The notes: generated from the letters alone by a model not told the origin. Shown: positions 1 through 13,169, numbered from the stretch's first letter. The stretch: DNA of 64,000 bases from Mobula hypostoma (GCF_963921235.1 NC_086097.1:222644001-222708000); one strand, 5' to 3'. A program made the numbers and translations.

Positions 1-183
1 GCAGAAACAAGTATAATTACAAATGTTAAAAGACATTTGGACAGGTACATGGATAGGAGAAGTTGAGAGGGATATGGGCCAAACACAGGCACATGAGACT
101 AGTTTAAGAAGGGATCTTGGTCAGGATGAACTAGTTTGGTCAAAAAGGCCTTTTGCCATGCTGTATGACTCTGACTCCATGAC
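1..183 (+). mobile_element. CR1 LINE 3' end fragment
   Basis: aaaagacatttggacaggtacatggatagg...ctgtatgactctgactccatga resembles the 3' ends of other CR1 copies in the window (e.g. 9310-9470). Confidence 0.75.
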
Positions 184-349
184 ATTGTTCAGTTCCTCAA
201 TTTCAGTTCCCTAGCTACCAGTTCCATCACTCAGCCTGAGGCTAAACCAAAATACTCGCAAACATGGACCATGAAGACTTTCAGGGTATTACTACGATCA
301 TCTTTTTCCAGTTCCAGACATCTCCCAACTCTCAATTCATGAAGTCTCA

Positions 350-484
350 ATATCCTGATGCAGGGTCTCGGCCAGAAATGTCAACTGTTTATTCCTTTCC
401 ATAGATACTGCCTGATCTACTGAGTTCCTCCAGCATGTTGTGTGTGTATTCTGTATTTCCAGTATCGGCAGAATCATTTGTGTT
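350..484 (+). repeat. Short PLE-terminus repeat with degenerate hammerhead motif
   Basis: ctgatgc-agggtctcggcca-gaaatgtc-aactg...ccatagatactgcc...ctgagttcctccagcat; homologous to 38835-38972 (reverse strand). Confidence 0.75.
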
Positions 485-1431
485 CTAAATTCATCTGCCA
501 CTGAAATCCCAAAATATAATTTTCTTAGAAAACATGACGTGATGAGAATGAGGACAGATGGTGATGTGGGAGGAAATTGATGTGTTAGGCCAGTTAACAC
601 CTTTGCCTGCATTAGCCTGTTCCTGTGGTTCACACTTCGCCTCTTCCCATTAGGAAACCCTAGGAATCCAGGATCAATCTAAAGACGACGGACAGACGCG
701 AGTCATCAATATTCCTTACTCTGAATTTTTAAACCTTATAAGTTAATTTTCCAGAGTTAAAGCACAGGAAAAATAATTTATTTTTGTTTATCTTTGAATA
801 ATAAATGTTAGTCATTGAGTTCAGTTTTGTAGCTGAGTGTTTTTTCCTGCTGACATGCACCTAGTTTGAAATTGGAGATCGTTGTCCTATTGTACAAAGC
901 CACTTTTATAATCAATTAACTATAATTGTGGTGAAGCCTTTGTACCATTGGCTATTGAACCTAATAATTTAATAACAGGCTTATTCTTATATATTCCAAC
1001 AGGTTATTCTAATATACTGTATAAGTGAAAACACTGCTTATGAAAAGTCTCCCCATCATAACCTATGATTAAATCGTGGTCAATTTGAAGCTACCTAAAG
1101 GTTTTCTCCCTCAGAAGGCCTCCTGTTCATCACAATAGCATGTCATTATTGTATAATGAATGGAAGCTTGCTAAGTCAGCATCTTAGCATGATTGATATA
1201 CATGACAGTTAAGATTACATTGAATTAAGCTTGTAGAAGATAGTCGTTTCTCTCCAGACTCTGTTAATATAAGAGGTCTGCCATATTTTTGCTGGCCTTG
1301 ACAATTTCCATGGGCTGGGCACAATTCTCATTAATCATAGCCCTGCTCCTGTGCAATGAATAGAGAAAGGGAAGAGGAGACGAGAGGACAAGCAAATTAG
1401 GATAGAATCAGAATCATATTTATTATCACTG

Positions 1432-2905
1432 TGTCATGATCCGGTCCGTAAAATCCACGCTCCGGTTCATGGTCCGGTCCATGTACTCTGGACTCCGGGT
1501 CTTCTGGCTGTCCCTTGTTTCAGTTGGGCTTAATCATAGGCACCTGATGCTGATCTTGGGGCTGGGAATATAAGTGGCCCTGGGTTTAAGTGTGGATGCT
1601 AGGGGCATTGTGCATTAAACAAAACATTGAAAATGATAGGGAAACACCAGACAGGATTGTGTGAGGAATGTCAGGAAGAGGAGTCAGTAGAACATGTAGT
1701 TTTGTGTTGCAGGAAGTATGGGATACAGAGAGAGATGATGAGAAATAAATTAAGGGAGTTGGGGATGCAGGAATTCACATTAAAAGGGTTGCTGGGCATG
1801 GGTGAGAGAGCACAAGTCCGGGTATTTTTAGCGTTTTTTAGGGGTTTTTTATAGAATATGACGAATAAACAGGAGTAGGATACTAGGATGGTCAAAGATG
1901 GGAGGGTGAAGTGTAGGTTTGTGTATATATATATATGTGCGTGCGTGTGCGATTGGGTGAAGGGATTTAGAATGTATGTCTGGTGCACATTCTGGAGCAG
2001 AGGGTAGCGGTAATGCACCATTAAGCTGGATGCCAACCGCCGTAAGACAAGATACAGACAGACAGTGTGGATGCTGGTTTTGTCTTGTCAGTGTCCTGGC
2101 CTTGCCTCTATGGGAGGTAGGTAGTAGGTAAAGTCAGGCTGTCTTTGCTGTTACCCTGTGATTGGATCTGTCCCTTCCTGTCCTTGCCTCTGTGGGGTAA
2201 GTCAGGCTGTCTTCTGCCACTGGAGTGAGACTGGAGCCTTGCTGTGTCAAGAGAAGGATCTGTCTGTTGTTGAGTTGGGAACTGTGTCTGTGTCCATACC
2301 TTCGCTAGGCAAGCCTGGCTGTTTGCTGCTACCTAGTGTTGGGAACTGTCTTGTTGTGTTCAGCATTCTGTGTAGAGCCCTGGCCCCAAGTCCTGTTCCC
2401 AAGGAGGGGTCCTGGTTCTGTGTTCCATGTCCCTGTGTTCCCGTCTCTCAAGTCCAAGGCTCTGTGTTCCTGCGCTCTAAACCAAAGCTCTGTGTTCCTG
2501 TCCTCCCCAACACCAAGGCTCTGTGATCTGAGGTTCCTGTCGTCCCAAGTCCAAGGCTTTGTGTTCTCATCCTGTGCTGGAGTTCCCTTGTCCTGCCCTG
2601 GAGTCTGTCGTTCTGTTCTGTAGCCTCATCTAGTCCTGTCTCCCAAGATCACGTCATGTCTTTGCCTAGTTCTGGAGTCTGAGCTCAAGTCAAGACCCAC
2701 ATTCTGGGTCCCTGTCCAGTCTCTGGCTAGGAGTCCAAGCACAGGCTCCCTGTTCCCAGTTTCCTGTCCTGGTTCCGCTTGCCTAGCCAATGTCCTAGCC
2801 CAAGTCTGTGTTCTTGTCTAGAGAGCTGGGGCAAGTCCTGTTCCTAGTACTTCAGTGTCTGTATCTTGCATTTGGGTCCACTCCCAGCACCCCCCCCCCA
2901 TGACA
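1432..2905 (+). mobile_element. Probable solo LTR (Gypsy-like) interrupted by a LINE; internal degenerate tandem repeats at ~2380-2830
   Basis: Termini are TGTCATG...CATGACA, with a TATA-like aatataag near 1567 and repeated caagtccaaggctctgtgttcctg units. It splits a short host repeat (tttattatcactg | cagatgacatgaaat). No clear TSD. Confidence 0.6.
1601..2063 (+). mobile_element. 5'-truncated Nimb/I-clade-like LINE 3' end
   Basis: 12-bp TSD agtgtggatgct (1589-1600 and 2064-2075); ORF with C-terminal zinc knuckle CEECQEEESVEHVVLCC; (acag)n tail. Confidence 0.75.
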
Positions 2906-2944
2906 CAGATGACATGAAATGTATTATTTTGCAACAGCCATACA

Positions 2945-3475
2945 GTGGAAAAGGGAAAGAAACAGGAGGTTGTTCCAAAGAGCATTGCAGGGGAGCGATG
3001 GAATGGGCAGAACAGTGATAAAGAAATGGAATGCAGAGTAAAACTGAGTAAGAGAAGGAGAGAGGACAGTGATTAGGATGAGATGTGACAGAGAAATGAG
3101 TGTAGTGCAGTGAGAGAAGAGAGATGCAGAAAAGCAGAGTAGAGCTGAATAAACAGGAAGGATAGACAATTCTCTAAAGCAGACAAAGGAGAGAAAGCAG
3201 GAGATGGGGTAGGTGAGAGAAGGTAGAGGGGAGGTAACAGCAGGAGAAGAGAATGAACAAGAGAAACAGGTGAAGAGATAGTGCAGTGAAGGAAGGGAAG
3301 TTTAAAAAATGATGAGGTGAGTAAGAGTAGAAAAGCTCAAGGGATGAGAGGAGAAGGGAGCAGAAGAATGGTATTAGGAAATGTTCTGAGTGGATTCAGG
3401 AGAGGGAGTTAATGGGAAGATGAGTAAAAGGGAAAGGACAAGAGACAATGGGAAAGAAATGGAGGAGATAGCTGA
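2945..3475 (+). repeat. Purine-rich (GA) low-complexity tract
   Basis: About 500 bp dominated by A and G on the + strand. Confidence 0.7.
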
Positions 3476-4520
3476 TCAGGTAAGCCATATTTTAAATTAT
3501 TACTGTTATCATCATACTCAATCATGGGCTACCAGTAAAATGTGACTGTGGTTAAAAAAGATCAGTTATAAAATTCAGCTCACTCTGTTTTTCTGAGTAT
3601 CTCTTTTCTTGCTACACTACACTCATTTCTTTCTGTCCATCACATGGTTTGGCATTGTTTTCTTCTGGGCAGTGTTTTACAAGATGTGCGACCTGAGCCA
3701 TTATCTCATTATATTCACTGTCCTCTCCTAGCAGACCACTTTACCATAGGAGGTCACAGCTGGTAAACTATGTCATTGAAAGGGTGTTAACAGAAGCTGC
3801 AGCATGGACTGTATAGTTTTCTCAGTCAAGTACCTGTTCATCAATCACAAAGCCCTGGAGAATTTCACTCAACCAAAGTGATCTTTTATAAAGACAGCAA
3901 GCAAGATCAGGGAGAAGTACAAGAAAACTCAACCAGCTTGGCGTCTACACCAAAATCTAAATACTAACCTGAAAGTGCCAGGACCAAAGCCAAGCAGTGC
4001 AGTGGGAAAGCACTGATAATGTGATGCATTAATGGATGGAGGGCAAAACAACTTCTCAGAATAGCCTGCAGTAATATGTTAGTGGGCTAGATCATGAATC
4101 TAGGATAAGAAACTAAATTGAAAATTAAATGAGGAATTGAAAATTGCTCTCATCAGGAATGGTCCTCATAAATGATTAAAAAATAATCTTGCTCTCTGTA
4201 GAGAATGGTAGGTTTGTGGAGGTTCAGTAGCGTCCAACAATTTCCTGTAATCTTGAACGTTAAAATGTATTGATTTATGGTGAACAGATACTCACTTAGT
4301 TTAATGAACTCTGGGGACTGAGTGGCAGCATTTCTGTACCAGTTCAGCAATAGCAACACAAAGTAATTCTTACAGATAGTTATGTAACTATTGCATGTGA
4401 TTTTTTAAATATATAACCTTACAGCCAGCATAAACCTATCACTTCACTATCTATCTGCATAATTGATATTGCAAGAAACATTTAGACTTATTCAGCTGAT
4501 TAGAAAAGAAAACTTTTCTT

Positions 4521-4612
4521 GTCCTCCCGAAGGGCTTTGGCCCGAAACGTTGACTGAACCCTTTTCCATAGATGCTACCTAGCCTGCTGAGTTTCTCCAG
4601 CATTTTGTGAGG
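4521..4612 (+). repeat. Short PLE-terminus repeat with degenerate hammerhead motif
   Basis: gtc-ctcccga-agggctttggccc-gaaacgtt-gactg...ccatagatgctacctagcctgctgagtttctccagcattttgtg. Confidence 0.75.
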
Positions 4613-4785
4613 TTTTTCTTACTGAAAACTCCTTTATGTTTTTATGCAATCATTTTTCATTGTATCTTTCTAGTTACAAACAAATATCCCTCTACCATTT
4701 CTAAGACTTGAGTATGTGTTTTTGTATGATGGAATAGTAGAGAATATTACACCAGGTTCTCTATCTCCAAAACTACAACCCCCGT

Positions 4786-6141
4786 CAGTGTTCCACTAAG
4801 GTGTGCACACACGCACGTCTTTTGCTAATAGAGCACAAAGGAATTTAAACTACGCACAAAAGGTTGTCACTCTCTACCCCATTGGCATGTTACATATATT
4901 TCATGATCGTACACAATCACATTTCCTTTTCCAGTTTCTGATGTGGACAGTGTTGACAACATGGAGTTTGCAATGATTTGTCTGCAGATTTTAGAACTGG
5001 CTTATTTTATTGAAGAAATTATTGATTCACTGTGTTGAATTCCAAAGAAGCAAATGGTGTGAAGTGCCAAAGAACTGCTAGTTCATTTGAAGTGGAATGG
5101 CTTAATGAAACAGTAGAAACTGCTACACTGAAAGCTCATGAGGTCAGGAATGTGCAGCTATGAGAAATATTTATGTACAGCACAGAATCTGGTGTTACCT
5201 GCATGTATTTTCACAATGCAGAAGTTGCTGGAAAATTTGCAACTGTGAAGAGTGGAGTGATATTTGGAAACTTGACTTCTTAAAGGGTCATTTAGCAAGC
5301 AAATCATAGGGACGGTGTGCAAAAGCTCCAGCAGGAAAATTGTGTGGAAAATGTTCTGATTTTCTTGAAAGTACTGTCATAGTTAAGCAGTACAATGACT
5401 TCAAATTTGTTGTAGAAAAAAAAATAAATCCAAACTGATTAGCAGTTTTTCTGAAATAATGAGATTTGCACTTCAAAATGAAGAATTTTGTGACCTTGCG
5501 TAGTTGATGGACATTGGCGAAATCTTTCTTGCATCTGATGCTGCCTGTGATGGAGGTTTTAGCCTAATTAATCAAATCAAAATCAAATTGAGAAACCATT
5601 TAAGTGAGTGTCATTTGGATATGCTGATGAGAATTCAAAGCTATCTGTTGGAAGGAGGATTTATTAGCCTTGGCAGTTTACAAAGAGTGGGTAAATGCCA
5701 AAGAGGAGGGAGAAAAAAATGACTAAGCAATTTAAATATGTTCATTATCTTCTTTAACTTTATGACTCTTGTGTAATTAAGCCACAAAATCTGTGCTGTA
5801 TGCAATGATTTCCAAATAAAATACCTGTCTGGATATTTTGTCAACTAGCTTTGTAGTTTATAAGTTTTGTTTGACCATTTCAAACAACTTTAATAACATG
5901 TGAAAAGATTGATATTATTATCTGCTATTGCGTAGAGTATGAGAATTAAGACTCATTGAGTATTATTTTATGTTTTTAAACAATGAACAACAAACTGGAC
6001 TTGGTAGTTTATTATCCTTAGAATAGCTTCAGGTTTACTTCCACTTAAAATTCAGTGTGCACATGTTATTGTCTCTGGGCAAAAAATGCACAGCACAAGA
6101 TTTTTGCACACACTGGTCATTACAAATTAGAGGGAACATTC
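4786..6141 (+). mobile_element. hAT (Tip100-like) DNA transposon, internally deleted
   Basis: TIRs cagtgttccactaa (4786) and ttagagggaacattc (6127-6141). Remnant ORF 5504-5722 (SDAACDGGFSLINQIKIKLRNHLSECHLDMLMRI) resembles the hAT C-terminal dimerisation motif. Confidence 0.8.
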
Positions 6142-7235
6142 ACCACCACCCCAATATGCCTTCCAATGAAGAAATGGACACAGATGATTGACAGGTTTCA
6201 AATGAAGAGTGGCACAAACATCCAGCTAAAACCTCAGTTTCACACTTGCAGAAGTGAAGATCAGCTCTGAGGCATTGAAGCATAAGATGTCACAATTATG
6301 GCAAAGAAAACCCACTTGAGCTTATAGTTGAGACCTCAGACGTAGGTAGTAACCAAATACACTCCCTTACTCTGAGTAAAGCATTTGTAATGGAGAGAAA
6401 GAAATAACTTAAAGCATACAGATTTTTTTTTTGTTTTCTATTCCATTGTGATCTCTGGATCAGATGACAGATGCTGTCCTTGAATAAATCTCCACAAAAG
6501 GAAGTAAATTTAATTTTTCCTAGCATGTCATGGTTGATTAACTCAAATAATTTTCAGCAGAAGTTTACCTTTCAATACTTGCCCATAAATCTTCTGTTGA
6601 AGTGATAGCAAGGCTGCTGGAGCACAGCACGATTTGCGTATGTACAAATACTACAGCAACTTCATAACATATACAGATGTGTAATTAAATCCAGAAACTC
6701 AAAAGCTACCATTCAAAATATGCTGCTTGCATTAGCATTGTGAAATCAGCTACTGGTATTTGACTCTGTATTGAAGTGTGCATGACTAGCACTTGTAAAC
6801 CAGAATTGCGTCTATTCTATGCCCAAATGAAAATCTATTTGCTGTGGAGCTCCTTTTTATTTTTGCCTCTCACTGTAAATGTGGGAAGACTGAGCAGTGC
6901 AGAGATAGCATGACAAAAAATAATGCTACTGTCAGCCAATGCATGCATGCATATTGGTCATCAGATTCAGGTATGGTCACCCTGACTGACTTTACATTGC
7001 CCAAGACTACTGAGAACAACTGAGCTGATTCAGAATTTCCCAATCTGTATGGTTTAGCATTGGAAAGATAATGGCTTTACCCAATTAATTTACACAACCC
7101 ATTATTTAAAGAGTGTGTGAGAAATTACAATTTAGTCTTACATTTAAGTTTAATTGTAAACAGATTAAGTTCAAATAATTTGCTTAATTGATTAAACAAT
7201 TGCAGAATTTAATAAATTAATTTTTGAGATACACT

Positions 7236-7441
7236 TTGGAGTAGGCCCTTCAAGCCACTTTGCCCAGCAATTCCCCCAATTTAACCCTGGTCTAATCACG
7301 GGACAATTAACAATGACCAATTAACCTACCAACTGGTGTGCATCTTTGGACTGTGGGAGGAAACCCACAGTGGTGGGAATTGAACCCAGGTCACCTGTAC
7401 TGTGAAGTGTTGTGCTAACCACTACACTACTCTGCCACCCC
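7236..7441 (-). mobile_element. tRNA-derived SINE (HE1/V-SINE-like)
   Basis: Minus strand reads ggtggcagagtagtgtagtggttagc (A box)...gggttcaattccc (B box)...ggtttcctcccacagtccaaaga. Confidence 0.75.
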
Positions 7442-8401
7442 AATGTTAAATTACAATTAAACTTAATGATTTGAGGTTTATTTCTGCAAATGTTATGACT
7501 CATTCAAAAAATATATTTGCTTCAAAGAGTTAATGTTGCCATCAACTTTCACTGCAATTAACATGCAGATACAGTATATTGACAAAAATATTGAAAATGA
7601 TACAGAGAGGCTACAGTACATATAAACTGAACTAAAGCAAAAATATCTTGATCAACAAATATTTAAGAAGATGAACTAATGATCTAGATACAAACTCGTT
7701 TGTAAAATCCTTCCATAAATCTTCCTTCACAAGGGCTCAAAATCTGAATCCATCTATCCCATTCAGATGAGCAGAGATTCATATTAGATGAGAGATTTGG
7801 TGGTGCAATGATTTAACATTCCAGAGTTTTGTGAATTGATATCACATCCAAATTTGCACACTAAAGTGTCTGTTTCTTTGTTCTGCCTGCTATTATGAAG
7901 TTGGCTGAATATCAGTAGTCTGAAGGTGCTGAGAATTTCAGTTGGAGATGACTGTTGTGATGAAGGGAAATTTCCAGAAAGTGCAGGAGTGCTTGCTCTG
8001 CAAAGGCACAGAAGATGTGGATTGAACAAGAGCAGACAGCACAATTTGGGCCAGCACATCCAGTCCACATTCACAACTTTCTAACTGAGTAACGATCAAT
8101 GCTTAGCAAACCCCTAAAATCTAGATTCTTCATCAGTCTTGGCCTTCTCAGGAACGAGTGCACTTGAATGGGCACACCTGATCAAAAGAGTTGTGGGACT
8201 TCCTGCTGTCATTATTTATGACCTGTGAGGCTCATGATTTTCCCAATGAAAGGCAGAATATCCCCAGATTATGCTAGGGATTTCATGAGTGTGGGTTTGT
8301 GTGATGTAAATTTCTCAGTCTGATCAGATGTAAATACAAGAGGCTGGGTCAATGTTCTTTTGATTTATTATTGACATTTAAAAGTTCTGTACCTAGGAAT
8401 G

Positions 8402-8720
8402 TGTGGGCACGTGGCCAAGTGATTAAGGCATTGGACTAGCTACGTGAAGGTCGTGAGTTCGAGCCCCAGCCAAGGGAACATGTTGTGTCCTTGAGCAAGG
8501 CACTTAACCACACATTGCTCTGCGACAACACTGGTGCCAAGCTGTATGGGTCCTAATGCCCTTCCCTTGGACAACATTGGTGTCGTGGAGAGGGGAGACT
8601 TGCAGCATGGGCAACTGCTGGTCTTCCATACAACCTTGCCCAGGCCTGCCCCCTGGAGAGTGAAGACTTTCCAGGCGCAGATCCATGGTCTCGCAAGACT
8701 AACGGATGCCTTTATTACTT
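8402..8720 (+). mobile_element. Full-length tRNA-derived SINE with CORE-like central domain
   Basis: A box tggccaagtg, B box gagttcgagcc, CORE-like tgtgtccttgagcaaggcacttaacc; 12-bp TSD tacctaggaatg (8390-8401 and 8721-8732). Confidence 0.85.
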
Positions 8721-8767
8721 TACCTAGGAATGGAGTGAACAGTATAAAACACTGGCACAGATCTAGA

Positions 8768-9470
8768 AAAAATGGTGCATAGTTCCCTGAAGATGGAATC
8801 TCATGTGGATAGGGTGGTGAAGAAAGCTTTTGGTATGCTGGCCTTTATAAATCAGAGCATTGAGTATAGGAGTTGGGATGTAATGTTAAAATTGTACAAA
8901 GCATTGGTAAGGCCAAATTTGGAGTATTGTGTACAGTTCTGGTCACCGAATTATAGGAAAGATGTCAACAAAATAGAGAGAGTACAGAGAAGATTTACTA
9001 GAATGTTACCTGGGTTTCAGCACCTGAGTTACAGAGAAAGGTTGAACAAATTAGGTCTTTATTCTTTGGAGTGTAGAAGGTTGAGGGGGGACTTGATAGA
9101 GGTATTTAAAATTATGAGGGGATAGATAGAGTTGACGTGGATAGACTTTTTCCATTGAGAGTAGGGGAGATTCAAACAAGAGGACATGAGATGAGAGTTA
9201 AAGGGCAAAAGTTTAGGGGTAGCACAAGGGGGAACTTCTTTACTCAGAAAGTGGTGGCTGTGTGGAATGAGCTTCCAATGGAAGTGGTAGAGGCAAGTTT
9301 GATATTATCATTTAAAGAAAAATTGGATAGGTATATGGACAGGAAAGGAATGGAGGGTTATGGGCTGGGTGCAGGTCAGTGGGACTAGGTGAGAGTAAAC
9401 GTTTGGCACGGATTAGAAGGGCCAAGATGGCCTGTTTCTGTGCTGTAATTGTTGTATGGTTATATGTTAC
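8768..9470 (+). mobile_element. CR1 LINE, 3' fragment of ORF2 plus 3' UTR
   Basis: ORFs 8772-9125 (LYKALVRPNLEYCVQFWSP) and 9137-9388 (TRGH, FFTQKVV..WN.LP). Confidence 0.92.
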
Positions 9471-10559
9471 ATAAACTTGGAAAGACTGTGGGCAAGAGAA
9501 TGGATGGTTCAATGGAAGAAAGAAACACATCTCAGGAGCTGAAATAAACAATCAAGTATAGTGCATTGTTCCCCACCATTGCAACAATCCATCTGACCTA
9601 GACAAACCCCACTCCTTCCCATCATTTTATTTAGCCACCACTTAGCAGGGAGGTATCCTGAAAAAGTCTCAGATAAGTCTCGATTCACTTCCGTCTGAAT
9701 TTGCCTCCTGAGACCAAGACCAGGAGATACCTCACTCCTAGCAGCCCAACGAGCTTCACTGGTGAGTAGTAGGCCAGTAGCTCAGAGAGTGACTCCACTA
9801 GCCAAGCCATTAGTAAGAGTTTAGCCATAACTGCCAGTTGGAAGGTCAGATGCTCTGGCCCATGAGGAATACCCTAACTTGGGAGTCCTGAATGTTAACA
9901 GCAGAATAATTTTCAAATCCATCCCCATTCAGCAGTGCATTGAAGATTCCTGGGAGATAGGCACTGAACTGGGAATAGCCCACTCAGGTCTTTGGGAATG
10001 TTGCACTATTCAATTAGATCTTTGCTGATCTATACCTAAAATCCATTTACCTACCTTTGCGTCACTTCCAATGATATCTTTAACCAACAAAAGAAATCCT
10101 ATCCTGTGTGTGGAAACCCAGATACAAACAGTAACAATTTAGGTCTAATGACGTCTAAATTGGAGAAAAATTTCTCAAGCTGGCAGGACAATTCTAAGAT
10201 GGATCTTCCCTTTAAAAGTGTTTTTTTTTTCTGTTCCTGATGTTGATCGATGCACTGTGCAACTCCACCTTTCTTTTACTTGCAGACCAGAATAGATAAA
10301 GGCAAACAAAGCAATGATTGCTGCCATTTAATCTGTTTTCTTTTCCTGAAGGATTAAAATCAGGGAAGAGTTACCATTTTCTGCCCTATTTCATTTTTGC
10401 ATTATTATTGCAAATCTAAAGTGCCAATATAACAAACCATAAAGCTTCATGGTAGCAATCTTCTTGAAGAAGTATTAGTAAACCTACTTAATTTAAAATT
10501 TTCAGTCATAGTATTTGTAGAAATTAAGCTTTCCATATGTTAGGTGTGAGGTGAAACAT

Positions 10560-10995
10560 TTTTGAAGGTCTAATATGGTCAGAGACAAAACATGAATGGT
10601 AGGTCCCTAGTATTGATAACAAAGGGACCTGCCTAAATATCCTTAAAAGTAGCAGCAAAATAGATAGGCTGGTGAAAAGGGCAGTCTGGATGTTTGTCTT
10701 CCAAGCAGGGGCATAGAAAGTAAATGCCGGGAGGTCTCAGTAAAGTTTCATTTTTGTGTCATTGATTAGGACATAGCTAGAGTAATGTGTGCACCTCTGT
10801 TTGCCTCACATTATGATGGATATGACTGCACTGAAGAGGGAGCAGAGAGGAATCACTAGGAATTTGCCTGGAATGGAATGATTCAGTTATGAGGAGAGAA
10901 TGAATAGGGTGGCTGTGTTTTCCTTGGAGCAGAGGAGGCTGAGAGGGCTCCTAATAGAAGCATTCAAAATTATGAGGCTCAGAAAGGGTACATAA
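10560..10995 (+). mobile_element. Old degenerate CR1 ORF2 fragment
   Basis: Similar to 8772-9125 (e.g. ttctccttggagcagaggaggctgagaggg) with many mutations. Confidence 0.65.
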
Positions 10996-11002
10996 TAAGA
11001 AA

Positions 11003-11730
11003 GACACTCAAGGACATCTTCTACCTCGCTGTTATAAAACTATTAAATAGTTCCATGGTGCACTCAGTTGGACTGTTGACCTCACAATTTGGCTCGTTAT
11101 GACCATGCACGTTATTGTTTCCCTGCATTGCGCTTTCTCTGCAGCTGTCACACTGTATTCTGCGTTTCTACATTATTATTTTACCATGCTTCTGTTTATT
11201 TTATTTACTAAGTAATACAGCATGGTAATGGGTCTAGCTGGCCCAAAGAACCCACACTGCTCAATTAACCTACCAACTCAGACATCTTTGTAGCATAGTA
11301 TGATACCAGAGCACCCGGAGGAAACCCATGCAGACACAGGAGAACTTACGAACTTCCTACAGATAGTGGATAATTAAACTCAGATCACTGGCACTGTAAT
11401 AATGTTACGCTAACTGCTACCCTATTGTGCTGCCCTTAAATCCTTTAAGATATTTACTATTACACGGGCCATAGGTAACTTCCATTTATTCAATAAAGGT
11501 TAATCCTTCTGGCAGGATTAAATTAAATTTGTGTTTTCTGCCTTCTAAGATTTCTCACTGCATTTTCTCTGTAGCTGTTACACTTTATTTTGCATTGTTA
11601 TTGCTTTACCTTGTTCTACTTCAATGCACTGTGTAAGATTTGATCTGTATGAACAATATGCATGACAAGCTCTTCACTGTATTTCAGTACATGCGATAGC
11701 AATAAACCAATTCCACCTCCAATTCCAAGT
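11003..11730 (+). mobile_element. Rex1/Babar-type 3' end fragments with an intervening SINE
   Basis: actcaaggacatcttctacctcgctgttata resembles Rex1 ORF ends in the window; the 3' UTR ends aataaaccaattcc...caattccaa. Confidence 0.5.
11210..11435 (-). mobile_element. tRNA-derived SINE (HE1/V-SINE-like)
   Basis: Minus strand ggcagcacaatagggtagcagttagc...tgcatgggtttcctccgggtgctctggt; same family as 7236-7441. Confidence 0.7.
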
Positions 11731-12545
11731 CCCCACTAGAGTACCTCCTGGAAAATGTTCTGCATGTGAATATGATCTGAGAAATGTGGAGAAGAGTGTG
11801 TACCAGCGATTTGAACACTGCACTACAGGTTTTGATGTGGCAGCTTGAAAGTAAGAGAAATGTTCTGTGTCTGGAGAGAGCCAGGAGGCACTCAACGCAG
11901 ATGCTCAAAAAGCAAATGAAATGGAAAGTTGAGAATGTTGGTCTCAAGAGTCAAACTTGCAAAACCTGGGGGCAATGCTGTAAAATCTGATGAATGGTCT
12001 AGTTTGGTGAAATTCCATATCCTGCTAATAGCAGGTTTAATTCCCTCTACCCTTTCACACACTTATTGGTATTCTATAATTCACTCAGAAGCTTACCACA
12101 TTTTTGTACTGCTGCAGGCTTCTCAGCACATCTCATGGTTCTATTCAATGTGACAACCTCATTACCTGAAAAAGGCTCTCATACATTTGCTTCTTTCTTC
12201 TAAGAAGACATACAGTTCAATTAAAAAGTATTTAAATTGGGGGTCAACCAGACTTTCTGCTGAAGCACGTGAAGGTTCCCTCTGGTTCTCTTTCCCTAGT
12301 TGCTGCCTAACCCGCTGGGTATCCTAGCATTTTCTGTTTCTGTTTCAGAATTGCAGATTGTGCAGTTATATTTTCATCTATATCTTCATTGTGAAGGTCA
12401 TGTGACCATTGTCATACCTGTCATAGTTGAGGACAGTGCAGGGATGAAATAATTGAATCCTTCTTCACAATCTAATCTGCTCACCCTCACCACAGCCTTA
12501 CACTTTTGTGTTTGATCATCAATTATATAAGAGCTGTGACTTTGT

Positions 12546-12950
12546 CATCATCATTATGTTCCATGTCATATGAAGTAGGCGATCAGAGTTTTTCCATGAC
12601 CGTGATTGTTCTGGGCAACTTTTCTACAGAAGTGGTTTGTCATTGCCTTCTTCTGGGCAGTGTCTTTACAAGACGAGTAACCCCAGCCATTATCAATACT
12701 CTTCAGAGATTGTCTACCTGGCGCCAGTGGTTACATAACCAGGACTTGTGATATGTACCAGCTGCTCATACGACCATCCATCACCTGCTCCCTTGGCTTC
12801 ATGTGATCCTGATCGGGGCGGCGGAGGGGTGGGTTGTGGGGGGAAGGCTAAGCAGGTGCTATACCTTGCCCAAGGGTGACCAGCAACTAGCTGAGGGAAG
12901 GAGTGCCTTACACCTCCTTTGGTAGAGACATATCTCCACCCCGCCACCCT
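12546..12950 (-). mobile_element. SINE-like element with RTE-type tail
   Basis: Minus strand contains gaaggcaatgacaaaccacttc (RTE-like motif) and a (tga)n tail; a short related fragment lies at ~3640-3720. Confidence 0.55.
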
Positions 12951-13169
12951 GCTCTGACTTAGAAGAGGGATTAAAGCTGAAATCTGTAATGAGGTATATT
13001 TAAGAGAAAGTGGAAAGCAGGAAGAGCACAAGAGCACAAGCTTGCTGGACAGTAATATCACACACTAACGCAGGTAACACAGACAAGAAAGGCTGTAGAA
13101 GAAGCTTTTTACGGGAATGTACAGGAAGATAATTGATACATTGGAAAAGCCCTCAGAAAGACTACATTT

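Noticed and set aside
2158..2623. Cys/Pro/Val-rich ORFs of 122 and 95 aa
   Set aside because: They arise from low-complexity tandem repeats inside the LTR-like element and show no recognisable domain.
2380..2830. CRISPR-like repeat array
   Set aside because: The context is eukaryotic, and the repeats are degenerate and irregular with no unique spacers or cas genes.
350..4612. Active intronic ribozymes cleaving KCNB2 pre-mRNA
   Set aside because: Both sense copies (350 and 4521) have core mutations (ctgatgc; ctcccga with GTT triplet) and are isolated monomers, so cleavage is unlikely.
8402..8475. tRNA gene
   Set aside because: The A/B boxes belong to a SINE head that continues into a CORE-like body, tail and TSD.
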